From assembly GCF_001194135.2 (NCBI RefSeq), contig NC_069002.1, positions 34,519,586 through 34,583,585 on the forward strand: DNA of 64,000 bases, given 5' to 3'. A program made the translations under genes and the position numbers. The stretch comes from Octopus bimaculoides. Taxonomy: Eukaryota. Of the stretch, positions 1-12,303 are shown one piece after another. Numbering within the stretch: the stretch's first letter is position 1; each line of letters opens with the position of its first letter. The notes below the pieces were generated by a model that had not been told where the DNA came from, did no database searches, and saw only the letters and a list, made by a program, of their open reading frames with translations.

Positions 1-38
<38 letters not shown>
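1..38. repeat. (TG)n microsatellite
   Basis: Direct reading. Confidence 0.95.
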
Positions 39-42
<4 letters not shown>

Positions 43-618
43 CATACATGCAAACATGCAAATCATTTGTCATTTGTATATTATAAATGTCTATACATTT
101 ATACGTATGGTTCCTGTACGTATGCAGCTGGGAACATAACGCAAAGCGTATAAGATTAGGAGACAACAAACAAAACACCTGAAGAGAAATGAATACACAG
201 ATGAAACGATCAGTAATAAATTTAAAAAAAAGATGCTTCTTTGAAATACATACATTAATAGATGACCTAGATGAGTATAAAACGTTTATAAGATTCAGAA
301 AAGAATTGAGAAAAGAAACTAATCAGGAATATACGTTGCATGTTTACTTTTAAGTATCACGTTTACAATTTTCGATCTAGTATTATTGAGTTCGAACCAC
401 TGGAAAGTTGCATTCGCAGAAATTGTGGAATTTTGACAATGTGTAACAAAATAGACTCATCGATTTGGATATATTTTACCGTGTATGTATGTGCATTAGT
501 ATATATATATGTGTGTACATATACTGTATAAATAAATTAATATAGGATAGCAGAATTTTAGAAATTTCACTACCAGTGGCCTAGCAAATATAAAGAGACA
601 ATAGAGAACATATTTTCT

Positions 619-807
619 ATATAAAATTAGTGTACCTCTAAAAACAAAAGAAGCGATCCTTAACAGGCAGCCCTACGTGCTAGAAAGAGCAGTCAAAACG
701 TCCAAAACCACATTAAGTGAAATTTCGAAGGGACTGCTCCTTCTAGCACGTAAGGGTGCCTGTTAAGTGTTGCCTCTTTTGTGTTCAAATGTACACTAAT
801 TTTATAT
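619..807. repeat. Imperfect inverted repeat (76-bp arms, 37-nt spacer); MITE or fold-back-like
   Basis: 619-694 vs reverse complement of 732-807: 65/76 identical by manual alignment, no indels. Confidence 0.85.
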
Positions 808-832
808 TGTACAAATATATATATTGAATCTA

Positions 833-924
<92 letters not shown>

Positions 925-936
925 ATGTGTGTGTGC
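833..936. repeat. (TA)n/(TG)n compound microsatellite
   Basis: Direct reading. Confidence 0.95.
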
Positions 937-2044
937 ACAGAAGTATATGTGTCTGTAGGATTCTGTTTGCATATTCGACGCAAAATTATCTCTTTGTCCC
1001 TTCATAACAACATAGGGGCGCATACTTTCTTGCATATCAAACACACACAAATATGCACCCACGCGCACGCACACACAAATAGACACACATATCCACACAC
1101 ATTCGTCTTCGTACAGGAAGACCAACTCAACTCTATTAGTCTTCACGTATCAAATCTCCAATAGAATTCCGCCCAATATAACAAACGATGATGTGTGTGT
1201 GTTTCCATACTGAGAAAAAGAAAGTAACAAGGAGATTGATGAAGAGAGAGAGAGAGAGAGAGATAGAGATGGAGAGAAAGAGAAAGATAGTGAGATAAGA
1301 AGATGGAGAGGAAGGGGAGACGTAAGCATATTCTGCTATGTCAATAGTGTGACTCGTATGTCATGTGAGAAATCAACAGCTTTCTCACAAACACAAATTA
1401 TTTTAGCTTCACAGCATCTTAATTGTATGGAAGTTGTAAAACGACTAATGCTACATTTAAGCTGCATACGTTAGTGCACCTGCGTCTCTTGAATGTGGAA
1501 CTTGATAGTTGATGAAGCAGAAACGCATTCATTGAAGTGGTTTATATACATCAGTTGGTCCGTCTTCTTTCTCTCTGCCATGGTTTTGTTTCCAGACAAC
1601 TTGTCGACTAGAGGAAATTCTCCTCCTTCGTAGCAATTTCGCTTTATTATGAATCGACTTTTATTCAGAGTGGGAGCACCGGCATAATAAAGTTTAATTT
1701 TCATGCTTATTCGTTTCTATGTATACATAGATGTTTCCATATACAGACAGACACAAACACACAGACACAGACACAAACACACAGACACAGACACAATCAC
1801 ACATATACATATATATATGTATATATACATAGATACACTCATATAAATTACATATGTATAAAATATAATTGTATATATGTGTGTGTGTGTGTGTGTNNNN
1901 NNNNNNNNNNNNNNNNNNNNNNNNNNNNNNNNNNNNNNNNNNNNNNNNNNNNNNNNNNNNNNNNNNNNNNNNNNNNNNNNNNNNNNNNNNNNNNNNNNNN
2001 NNNNNNNNNNNNNNNNNNNNNNNNNNNNNNNNNNNNNNNNNNNN

Positions 2045-2075
<31 letters not shown>

Positions 2076-2624
2076 ATATATATATATATCTACGTATGTA
2101 TACATATACACACGCACTCACACATAAACACACACCCATGCATATATGCATGCGTATACGTGTCCATGTATGTCAATGTTTGTGAGAATGTCTACAGCTT
2201 TTTATGCGCCTTTATAGGCAGGTATTTGTACAATTATATGTGTGCTTCCTCGTGGGTCCTTCCCCGTCTATACATCAATACTTCCCTCCATCGGTATCGT
2301 TACAGCAGTCTATCAAACCACCAATATAACTGGCACAGCGAAAAATAACACAAAATGAAGTGAAACATTATATCCGCTTTTGCCTTCTCTTCCATATCAG
2401 TGAAAAGGAAAAGAAACGAGAAATTTATAACCAAACCGTTTAACATTTTATTGACTTGGTGGACATCTTTGTCTGTACGTCTACAATATAACAACAGCAA
2501 TACATTGCTGTTCAGGCTGCTCTCATCATCAGTAAACACATTTCCAAGTTATATCATGTTATATCAAGTCGGAAGTTTTTCAGATATATTCATGCGTTAA
2601 AATTCATGTCATCATCATATCATA

Positions 2625-2715
2625 AACCTCGCGTCATCCTCATAGCCTCCATTATAGTCATCGTCATCGTCGCCGTTATCCTCATCATCGTCATTATCGT
2701 CATCATGGTCACCAC

Positions 2716-2746
<31 letters not shown>

Positions 2747-2840
2747 GTTGTCTTCGTCGTCGTCGCCATCATTAATCATCATCATCATCATCATCATCAT
2801 CGGACCGATATCATCATCAGCACCATCATTGTTGTTATCA
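2625..2840. repeat. Degenerate (ATC/CAT)n trinucleotide array
   Basis: Direct reading; explains the poly-I/H/D/M ORFs. Confidence 0.9.
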
Positions 2841-2844
2841 TTGC

Positions 2845-3207
2845 GCGAGAGAGCAGCGCCTGCCATCAAGGTGAGTCAGTATGGCAAACATTCGAAGCCC
2901 AATATACCCAACATGACTACCAGTCTGATAAGGTTACACCAAACCGATACATCACAACCATACGTGCGCGACATAGTGAGTCCATACCGAAGCAAACGCT
3001 GCATGACCGCGCGTGTGCGGCCCAGTATTTTCTTAGGTTGAGTAGTTCATTCTGCACAAAAGATCCCTGAACGAGAGTTATTTAGAGATGATGGACGAAG
3101 CAGCCATGTTCTCACATGGGAATTATTTAAACTCTAAAACACTCCACTCAAAACATGGCTATGATGCTATCCTACTACTCTTGCTTAGAATCAGCGATGC
3201 ACATATA
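2845..3207 (-). mobile_element. Trinucleotide-tailed retroposon (SINE-like) copy 1
   Basis: gagagagcagc..ccatcaa.gtga....gaagcccaatatacccaacatgactacc..ctgataagg.tacacc..catcacaaccata.gtgcgcgaca is homologous to 14901-15030 and, inverted, to 47343-47590. Orientation inferred from the microsatellite tail. Confidence 0.8.
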
Positions 3208-3400
3208 CTTTTCTACTCTAGGCACAAGGCTCGAAATTTTGGGGGAGGGGGAAAGTCGCTTAGATCGATCCCAGTACGCAACTGGTACTTAGTTTATCAA
3301 CCCCCAAAAGGAAGAAAGGCAAAGTCGACCTCGGCGGAGTTTGAGCTCAGAACATAAAAATAGAGGAAATACAACTAAGCACTTCGCCCGGCGTGTGAAG
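3208..3400 (-). mobile_element. SINE family 1 (~210 bp), tail type A
   Basis: Core ggcaaagtcgacctcggcggagtttgagctcagaac; tail cttttctactctaggcacaagg; same family recurs ~20 times in the window. Confidence 0.9.
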
Positions 3401-3608
3401 ATTTCTTATTTCTTTATAGCCCACGAGTGGCTAAACAGAGAAGGGACAGACAAAGGGAAAAAGTCGATTATATCGACCCCAGTGCGTAACAGTTACTTAA
3501 TTTATCGACCCCGAAAGGATGAGAGGCAAAGTCGACCTCGGTGGAATTTGAACTCACGACGTAACGGAAGACGAAATACCGTTTAGCATTACGTCCGGCG
3601 TACTAAGG
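3401..3608 (-). mobile_element. SINE family 1, tail type B
   Basis: Same core (gaaaggatgagaggcaaagtcgacctcggtggaatttgaactc) with alternative tail ttcttatttctttatagcccacgag..gggacagacaaagg. Confidence 0.9.
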
Positions 3609-3760
3609 CTTCTTATTTCTTTATTGCCCACGAGGAGCTAAACATAGAGGGGACAAACAAGGATAGACAAAGGAATTAAGTCGATTATATTGGACCTAGT
3701 GCGTAACTGGTACTTAATTTATCGACCCCAAATGGGTGAACGGCAACTTGCTGCTTTTTC
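3609..3760 (-). mobile_element. SINE family 1, tail type B, internally deleted
   Basis: Near-duplicate of the 3401-3520 tail; core truncated after atcgacccc. Confidence 0.85.
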
Positions 3761-3814
3761 TCTTCGCTCCCACCATTTCTGAATGTCATATCAACAAAAA
3801 TAAGGATCGGTAGA

Positions 3815-3940
3815 GATGCATTCAAGCCCTACTTTAGGGATGGGTATGTTTCGCTTGAATTGAGCAGGTAAAGTATGTGGCTAGGATGCAAAATTTTGAG
3901 GACCGGCTTCATGCTCCTAATTTGGAGTCCTCTACCTCAA
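3815..3940 (+). pseudogene. Possible decayed Gypsy (Gmr1-like) aspartic-protease fragment
   Basis: One frame reads DAFKPYFRDGYVSLELSR*SMWLGCKILRTGFMLLIWSPLP, resembling the KPF..EG.VSL...VKILRDTGA.QSLLL..VLP pattern; catalytic D missing, one stop. Confidence 0.35.
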
Positions 3941-5629
3941 AATAGACGCGGAAATGATTAAACGGTCCTCAAAGGAAGCAGTTACTTAAGGTTCGTACGC
4001 TGCGAAATGGATGAGAGAGCAAAGAACATGTATGCAACATAAATTGGAAGGTTGCCCGCATTCTCTGGATTTATAGGGTAAGGCATGGAAACCGTGATAG
4101 GCTAGCGTTCGCAAATGGTTTTGTGAGGTTGGAAAAACTGCCAAGTAATGAGATGACCGTGAACAACGCGAAACACCGGGTAGAATGCAGGGATAATGGA
4201 GGCCACAGAACTGCACAGCGTGAGATTGCGATCGACAAAAAGCGAAGGGAGAAGAGCCTCCCCGATATATCTCATTAATGTAGCTCTGTCTTCACTTTCA
4301 TTGAAACAAATTCCCTTTCATATTTCCTTTTCGGTTTTACTTAATTCCTTGTTCCATGTATTAGTGCTTTCTTTCTTTTATTCTCCTTTTCCACATTCAT
4401 TCTTTGTTTCTTTGTTATTACTTTTCTCTAATCATTCCCACCTTCGCTGCGATGATATAAGCAGTGGCAAACATCAAAGAATCTAACTCTATGGTGTCCT
4501 TAAATCTCATGACAATTTCACTTTCCTGAATTCTGATCTTAGCGTTGTCCAATCACATGATTTCAATGAACTAAGCTTTCCTCTTCCTGAAGAAGCATCA
4601 ATAGCAGTATTATCATGATTATTATTATTATTATGATTATTATTATTATTATTCCCTCTATAGTCACAAGATCTGAGAATCTGGTGAATATATTTTGGAC
4701 CTGGTTCTTTCACTCGTCGGAATTCTCAAACACCTGCTTGAATTCAGAAATGATACATATTAAATTCAGAACTGTATGTAATTTTCCAGTGTGTCCAAAT
4801 ATAATATTTACATTAGATAATATAGTCGGCAGAATTTTTGTACCTAGTATATAGCTTGCATTGCCATGCATCATCCAATAACTCGAATCACAATTTCGAA
4901 AATTACGAGGTGTGGTATTTTAGCAAACATCGGTATTATCAATTAAGCCAGGAAAGTAAGCATTGCAACACCAGGTGAAAAGGCTATCAAGAAATATCAT
5001 TTGTGATCCTTCCCAAGGTGCCTCTAATTATCGCATGGAACCAGGACAAACCTGGATAGATGAACTCATTAAAATGTCATAATGAGTAACAAGATATTTT
5101 GAGAGAAAAGAAATAAACCCATTAAAGATTATTCAAATTATGTCCTGTAGTAAATGAAGTATGAAATAGCCGCAGGTTTGACCCCAGAGTCTGCAGTTTA
5201 GCAATTGTTTCCCTACTGCTTGGTTTTCGCGTGCTCCAGTAAATAAACAGTTGAATTATGTCTGATATACTTTCTTTTGTATGATTCTATTTTCTTCCTT
5301 TTCGAGTTTAAGATGTATAGGGAGTAGTATTATTTCTGTCTTAACAAGAAAAATAAAATTCTCAAGAATTTTAAAATAATGAAAATATTTAGAAATACAT
5401 TTGAATATGAATTTTTTTCAGACTGAAAAAAAAAAAAAAAATTCTCAGCCTTCATTTATGATAGAAATTAAAAATAATAAAACAAATAAAATCGACAGTA
5501 ATGAAAATGAAATCGAAAAATAAAATTTATATAATTTATACAACTGAAAAAAAAAAATCAATTTAATTTTTATCAAATTCAATTAACGAAGAAATTAAGC
5601 AATTTAAAGTAACATGAACATCAGTATAC

Positions 5630-5910
5630 TCTTCCTTCTCCTCTTCCTCCTCATTCTTATACTCATCATCATCAGCATCCTAAATAAACATTACCACTGT
5701 CTTCATCTGTATCATCATCTTCATTATCATCATTGTCGTCATCGTCGTCATCGTTAAGGAAACCATTATCGTCATCAGTGTTGTGATTATCAACATCATT
5801 ATCATCGACCTATTCGTGCTCGGCGTCGTCATCATCATCATCGTCGTCGTCGTCGTCTTCATCCTCTTCTTCTTCTTTCCCTTCTCACATTTAGCATCCT
5901 CATCATCATC
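5630..5910. repeat. Degenerate (TCA/TCG/TCT)n trinucleotide array
   Basis: Direct reading. Confidence 0.85.
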
Positions 5911-6584
5911 TAACCGCCAATACCACAATCATTAGCTTCATTATCAAAGTGATTGGACATCATTATAAAATCTGCATATCGTTACCAGTCATTTGGTTTT
6001 CAAAATCGTGGTTTTCATCAAGATTACTGCAGATATTATCATCAGCAACAGAAACCAGTGGCGGCAACAGCATCGGAGGGAGCAAAACCATCGGAAACAA
6101 TAATACACTCACACAGTATGGAAATGAGGTGATTGTCTTTTCACTATCATTAGAGAATCTAACAATTAAGAAAATAATAATGGTGAATGTCTGTATGACA
6201 TATCCTCTGCTATGTTACGAATCCTCGCGTTTTGTTTTCCAATCTTACTGAGAACCCTTCATTATTTCCTCATTGACTGGCAGAAAAATGAACCATTCGG
6301 GAAATTCCCGAAAACACAACGTTAAAATTGTCAACGGAGTTCAAACTCCTCCGTGGTCGACTTTGCTTTTCCTCCTTTCAGGGTCGAGAAATAAAGCAGC
6401 AGTGTTTATGCTATTCACAATTATTGTGCATTTAAGAACGAATTATTTCCATATTTGTATATTTCAATACATCTCGTCGCGTATAAAAAAAGCAAACTTT
6501 GTTTACATATATATTGGAATTTCACATATAGCATCTATGAAAGCTAGATTTATAAGTTCAAAAATTGTAGAAAAATTTGTTAAT

Positions 6585-6650
6585 GGGATTTAAAGGTAAA
6601 TCACTTGACCTGTAATCATAGAGATGTGAGTTCGAGTCTCAAGACTGGCC
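6585..6650 (+). pseudogene. Decayed tRNA-like sequence (SINE head or pseudo-tRNA, TGT anticodon-like loop)
   Basis: ttga-cctgtaa-tca anticodon-arm-like and gtgag-ttcgagt-ctca T-arm/B-box; stems broken. Confidence 0.35.
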
Positions 6651-8013
6651 GCTAACATATTTTTTTCTGAAATGCATTGATATTCTATCCTATTTATGTT
6701 ACTCAGAATTATCCTGTCTTTAAGAAGAAATTATTTCCATATTCTGTATGTTATATATATGTGTGTGTGTAATATATACTGATCCCAGCTTCTATGTTTT
6801 CACAGGTGACAAAACTGCATTCGTTTTCATCTTTGTTAAGTAAAAATGGTCTGAATTTCGGTAAGTTTTGAACACAGAAAAATGCCGAATGCTCTTGGAA
6901 ATAGGACGATAGTGAAACAGAAAAGAATTACAGGGAAAAGAAATAAAATATATATAATGGCGTTCCATTAACTCTATATACAACTGAGAACCCATTAAAA
7001 TTTCTATGACGACCTTGATAGAGGCAAAAGTGTTGCAGAAACATTTTTGTCAAAACAGCTTTAACTACAATGGCTTATCAGTTTGTCTCATACTTCTGGT
7101 GGATCAAATGGTGGTGCCGTCGTCCCGGATGACATTAGGCAGCCTCACTGGGCTCTCACTTACACATAGTGGAATCTATCACGCTTGCAGAGAACTAAGA
7201 TGTTGAGGAGGGCCGAAAACCATGCCAACGGTCTTTTTAAAACGAAAACATCCTTCAATTAAACATAACATTTGTTCACTTGTTTTCTTTATTCAAAATT
7301 TGGACATAACTTATGGGATGACCTGGCAATTTGACTAGTGAATAGAAAAAACAAAAACTGAAGATTTTTGGTATTTAAAACATGAATCAATCATCTGAAG
7401 TACAAAATACAAAAAAAAAAAAGGAAGATTTTAACCGAATTTCTTTTTTATGCCTATCCATTGACTGAATTTAAAAAGTGATGGATTTGTCATTCGCTTT
7501 GATTCATCTATATAAAATTGTTCGTATATTACTTTAATCCATTACAGCTTAAACAACTATATTCTCTCGGAAATTCCATCCGAAAAATCTTTCTCAAACT
7601 TGTATACCTGTTACGTTTTCCTCTCTCTGATAAATTAAAATACCTGTCAAATACTCACATTCAGGTGAATCATTTGATCATGCGCTTCATAATATTGATT
7701 TCTATGTTTCTCCAGACCAATTAACATGGCATTCGGTCAATTTGAATCCGAGGAATAATTCTGTGCAATGTATTCTTCGTTTGTATGGCAGTTGTATTCC
7801 AGCTGAGTGAAACTTTTCTGAATTTTCTGCCAAGGGGCGAATGCAGACATCTGTATTATTCGATTGTTTCCTTTCTATTGACTAATGTCATTAATTAAGC
7901 TACAGAGTCGTTAGTCGTGTGTTGTGTGAGATATAATTGTTTATAAAGTCCTGGTAAAGACGTTACTCCTACTTGAAATACCGGCATTTTTATTCGATAA
8001 TAAATCCTAGTAA

Positions 8014-8772
8014 ATACCAGGCCATTAAGACTGAAATGTCCGATTTTGAAGTGAACATTTATTTTATTTTATCTCATCAAAAAGCAATGCTGCTAATAAA
8101 AGTATGCACCTGAATTATCCACACAATTTTACCATTTTATCTGTACCTTATTCATGCCGGCAGCGAATGATTCTGGAGAGTAAGGTGATGGAATCACGAA
8201 AGGCTGTTTTTGCATCTTCTTCAGATTCGAATTTTTTTCCTTTCAATAAGTTGTTTTACCTGGAAAACGTGACAGTCAGTTGGTGAACGGGGTGGTGGAC
8301 AGAGTACTTCCAAGTCGACTAGCGTTCTTTGTGCAACATGTGGTCGAGCATTGTCTTGCAAGAGAATTGTCCTGTCTCTATTGTTCAATCTCGGTTGTGT
8401 AATTGCAAGTTCACCCATCGGGCTAATGAAACTGTAGTGGATGACACCAGTACTGGACCACCAAAACAGATACCATTAGCTTTTTATGGATAATATTCCT
8501 TTTTGGACTGTGTTTTGGTAGGAGGGAAAATATTTTACTTTCATGTCCAGTGCCCGTGCATAACGATTGCCATTGTTGAATAGAATCCATTTTTCATCAC
8601 ACGTAAGAATATGATGCAAACGTGGTTCGCTATTATGCCATGACAGCAAAGAACAGCAAGTTTCAAGACAACGTGCCATTTGATACACGTTCAGTTCGTG
8701 TGGTACCCGCTTGCCCAGCTTCTTTACTTTGCCGAATTGTTTTGAGATGGTCCAATATACTATGCTAAACAG
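8014..8772 (-). mobile_element. Mariner (Tc1/mariner) transposase fossil, 5'-truncated
   Basis: Minus-strand frames give GKVKKLGKRVPHEL (WVPHEL), HILTCDEKWILFNN, ILLQDNARPHVAQ, LEVLCPPPRSP-TDCHVF (YSPDLAPSD partly deleted), KKFESEEDAKTAF and W*NCVDNSGAYF; frameshifts and stops; putative TIR near 8014-8050. Confidence 0.9.
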
Positions 8773-8777
8773 TCTTT

Positions 8778-9030
8778 TCGGTCATGAATGACCATGCACC
8801 TAGGATGTTCCCCGCCGAAGCACAAACCCGGGCAAGGTTGTTTGTGGAAGGCCAGCAGTCACCCATGCATACCAACCTCCCCTCTCCAGGTCACCGATGC
8901 TTTTCAAGGAAATGGCAAAGGCCGATACACCTTGGCACTATTAATCTCGCAACTCATTTCTACAGCTGAGTGAACAGCAGCAACGAGAAATAAACTCACT
9001 ATCGCATGATTATAAGCCTGAAACTTTGAC
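8778..9030 (-). mobile_element. tRNA-derived SINE (family 3) abutting the truncated mariner
   Basis: GC-rich body ggtcatgaatgacc..cacaaacccgggcaaggttgttt..ggccgatacaccttggcac..gcaactcatttctacagctgagtgaac; head region related to 32745-32870. Confidence 0.7.
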
Positions 9031-11184
9031 CATTTACCTGTGCATGCATATGCTAGGATGCCAAAATAAGTTCATTGTGTTTCTCGTGAATACGGGAGAT
9101 TCCTAAATTGTGTTAGCAGCATTTACAATTGTATATTTGATCTACGCATTTAGATTGAAGGCAAATATCTATTTTCAAGTGTATTTTATCTTACGATGTT
9201 AGCAAACTTCTGAACGCAGGTTAAGAGTTGGACACTGTTTATGAGTTGTGCATGGAATATTGAAAAATTCATCAGATATCACGTGGTAATCTTGAAGGTC
9301 ATTAAAGAAATAATGTTCTATTTACATGATTACTAACAATAAATAAATAGTACATTTTATATAATACCATTTCAGCTACGTGAAATGCTCACAAATCCAG
9401 AGCCATACAAACATTGATATATGTGTATGCATTTATTATATGTATTATCTTGTGAGTTTTATGAAAATGCGTATATACAATTTCAAACTTTAATGGACAA
9501 AGCTTTTGATGACTTCAGAGTTTATTCCGACAAGTAAAGGATACACAGTACTCGAAATTACTGCTGGTAAGCGGCTCTGTTAATTTTAAAGTGGTAGAAT
9601 TATAGGCAGCAGTTACACACTAGGATTAATTTTATATCTTAGGATAAACTTAGATAATTTTTGCCTCGCTGTACTCTCAGATCAAACCCTCTTAAGTGCG
9701 TGGATTTCTTTAAATATGACTGACTCCAGAATTTCAATAAATATGTACGTGCAGCAATATTTTTTCAAGACATGATCGAAACATGAGTGTTATTAGCACA
9801 CGCATATCGAAGAACTATCTCTTTAGGAAGTGTTAGGGTTAATGATTACCATCTTCAGAAAAATAATTAAAGTTTATTATGCAGGCAATTACTTTTTATA
9901 ACTATAACTATTTTCATTCTTTCCTGATTTTCTACTGGATGTCCTCTTCTTCTTCTTCTTCTTATTATTATTATTATCAGTGCATTTTTCTGGTATGCGT
10001 TTCTTTTAATTATTAAACTGAATCTTGAATCTGCTCTGATCTGAATTTTACATTTGAAATGACTTTCAAAAATGATAATTTTGTGCATCGTTTCAGAATA
10101 GTTTCAACACTAATTAATTACTAAAGAAAATGTGTGTTACATTATTAACTGCAATATTTTTTTTTATTCGTTAAATTTTTCCTTTTAATTTTTATTACGT
10201 TCTGCGTTACATTGTTTTTTTAATTTTATTTTAATTTAATTGTTGTCTGGAATAATTGCAATATTCTTTTAGCTAATTTGCATCAATATTTTCTTGATTT
10301 TTTTAACGATGCTACTTTGAGTGATATTAATTTCAAAATAGTTTTGGCGGAATTTACGTTCTTTTTATTTTATTTGTGAATCATTTCCAGTGCAGTACAC
10401 TTCATTCTACTAACCATTGAACGGTTAAGAAGGGATGAAGCTTAATGTGACAGTGAAGAAGACAGAATAAAACCATTGACCTTTTAACTTTCTGTAAACA
10501 GAGCACAGATGGCCAGGTAAATAGGTTACTGGGCAAAGAGTTGTCTGTAAAAAGGAAAAGTATTTTCTAATTTGATTTCTTGTCTCCTTTGCATTTATAC
10601 AGGAACGACCAAGAGGTTAACAATCGGTCATTTTTTGTTACTTAGACACGAAAATCGAGAAATAACACCCACATAGCCTCCTACGAAGACGGTATTACTT
10701 TGAGAAGAGACCAGTAGATATTATATCTCCAAATATAATGTCTATGTTTCAAAGAGAGCGTGGAAAGCAATTATTGGAATGCATATTATTAAAGATTCGT
10801 CCAATCGTGCCGTGTCTTGCCACTTCAATAATATAATTTGTTGTTATCAGCTTTTTCTTATCACATTATATTCGTATCAGTTATATATTAGTAAGTTAAT
10901 TATTACTTTTTACATATAGGTGAGGTAAGAAATTTAGGTAATGTAAGAAAATTATTAGCAAACGATTAATTTCACATCGATACTAACATGGTTCATTATT
11001 CTATCAACAAAAGTAAGTTGAAAGACGTGATTTTTGTGAGGAAACCTAAGTTTAGAATTAAAAATTTACTAACAAAACTTATAAAGGTACTAACCAATAC
11101 TGGATGACAATTCTTGTTATAACCGTTCTACCAAATCACAAACCGATAAGAAACGATATATTCTGAATTAGGTAAAGGTAAATA

Positions 11185-11330
11185 AATTTGAGTGGAGGCG
11201 ATTAGTAGAAACCATTGAGCATATTACTTGATGTATAATTTCTTTGAAATCCAAGAAATAATGAAAGTCAAATTCGACGTCGGCAGGATTTGAACGTAAA
11301 AATTATAAGGCTGGAATATATACTACAAAC
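11185..11330 (-). mobile_element. SINE family 1, highly degenerate
   Basis: atgaaagtcaaattcgacgtcggcaggatttgaacg core remnant. Confidence 0.5.
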
Positions 11331-11789
11331 CATTCCTTTCTCTTATGTATTAAGGATTCTTTCACTACTATCTATTGTTTGAATGCTTTACGATAATATT
11401 TTTACTTCACTTACTAAATCTGAAGCCTACAAACATACTTTTAAGTGAAGTCTGATTATCATTGTGTAAAATGTGTCACATGATACAAAAACACTTCTAT
11501 GATTACTACCAGCTAACCAAAAATCTACATTACGAGTAGATGAGGGTAAGCTTTCCAAACTGTTAGAGTAGAAGTGTTGCACTCACGCACACAGATGTAA
11601 GATCATTTCAAAATGTGAATGACATATTTAGAAATATTTATTGCTCAAGGCTCAGAATCCCTCCATCTCTCTACAAGCCACCAAAATATACAATTAGCTT
11701 TCTAGATACGCCAGGAATAACACTTGCAAAATTTACTGATAAAAATCAAAAAGTACACTCTAGACATTGTATTTGATAATATGGTAGTG

Positions 11790-12303
11790 TTGGAAACATC
11801 ACAGCTGCAACTCCAGAAACAAAGAAGCATTTAATACCATCATCCAAAATCTTCCAAAACTCTATAAGGACCCCAAACTACGTAATCATAAACTCAGTAA
11901 AAGCTGTAAAGAACCATTAAAGAAGATCCTCACAAATGCCAAACTATGCTCTAGAACGTACGCAAGATTCGAAAAGTATGGATATGCGGGATATGTCCCA
12001 ATCTGTTAGAAGGATCGGATTTCCATTTCAGGCAAGGGCAAATATTCAACATCAAATCTAACTTCGCTTGTGCCTAACAAAATCTTATCTACGTAATCAG
12101 ATGCTCGGGCTACCATGGAGACTACATTGGTTCGATAGTAACGTCGATCAGAGAGAGATATGTACGGTCCACAACAAATATCCTCCCCACAATATCACCA
12201 AATATATCCCGCTGGACACTGGACCTTTACACAAGTAAGACTGAATAAATAACCCTCATTTATCCAAGAATATGAACTAGAATTAAACATGAACCCATAT
12301 TAA
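11790..12303 (+). mobile_element. Penelope-like element 3' fragment (GIY-YIG endonuclease), decayed
   Basis: Translations RNKEAFNTIIQNLPKLYKDPKL..KSCKEPLKKILTNAKL; CGICPNLLEGSDFHFRQGQIFNIKSNFACA*QNLIYVIRCSGYHGDYIGS..SIRER; QQISSPQY; RLNK*..FIQEYELELN fit the PLE C-terminal Cys-motif plus GIY-YIG layout. Confidence 0.85.

Noticed and set aside
1471-1704. 77-aa non-repetitive minus-strand ORF
   Set aside because: No motif or splice support; within chance expectation
9518-9566. Possible 48-nt exon (FIPTSKGYTVLEITA) with gtaagc donor
   Set aside because: Weak acceptor; cannot be chained to other exons or assigned to a family
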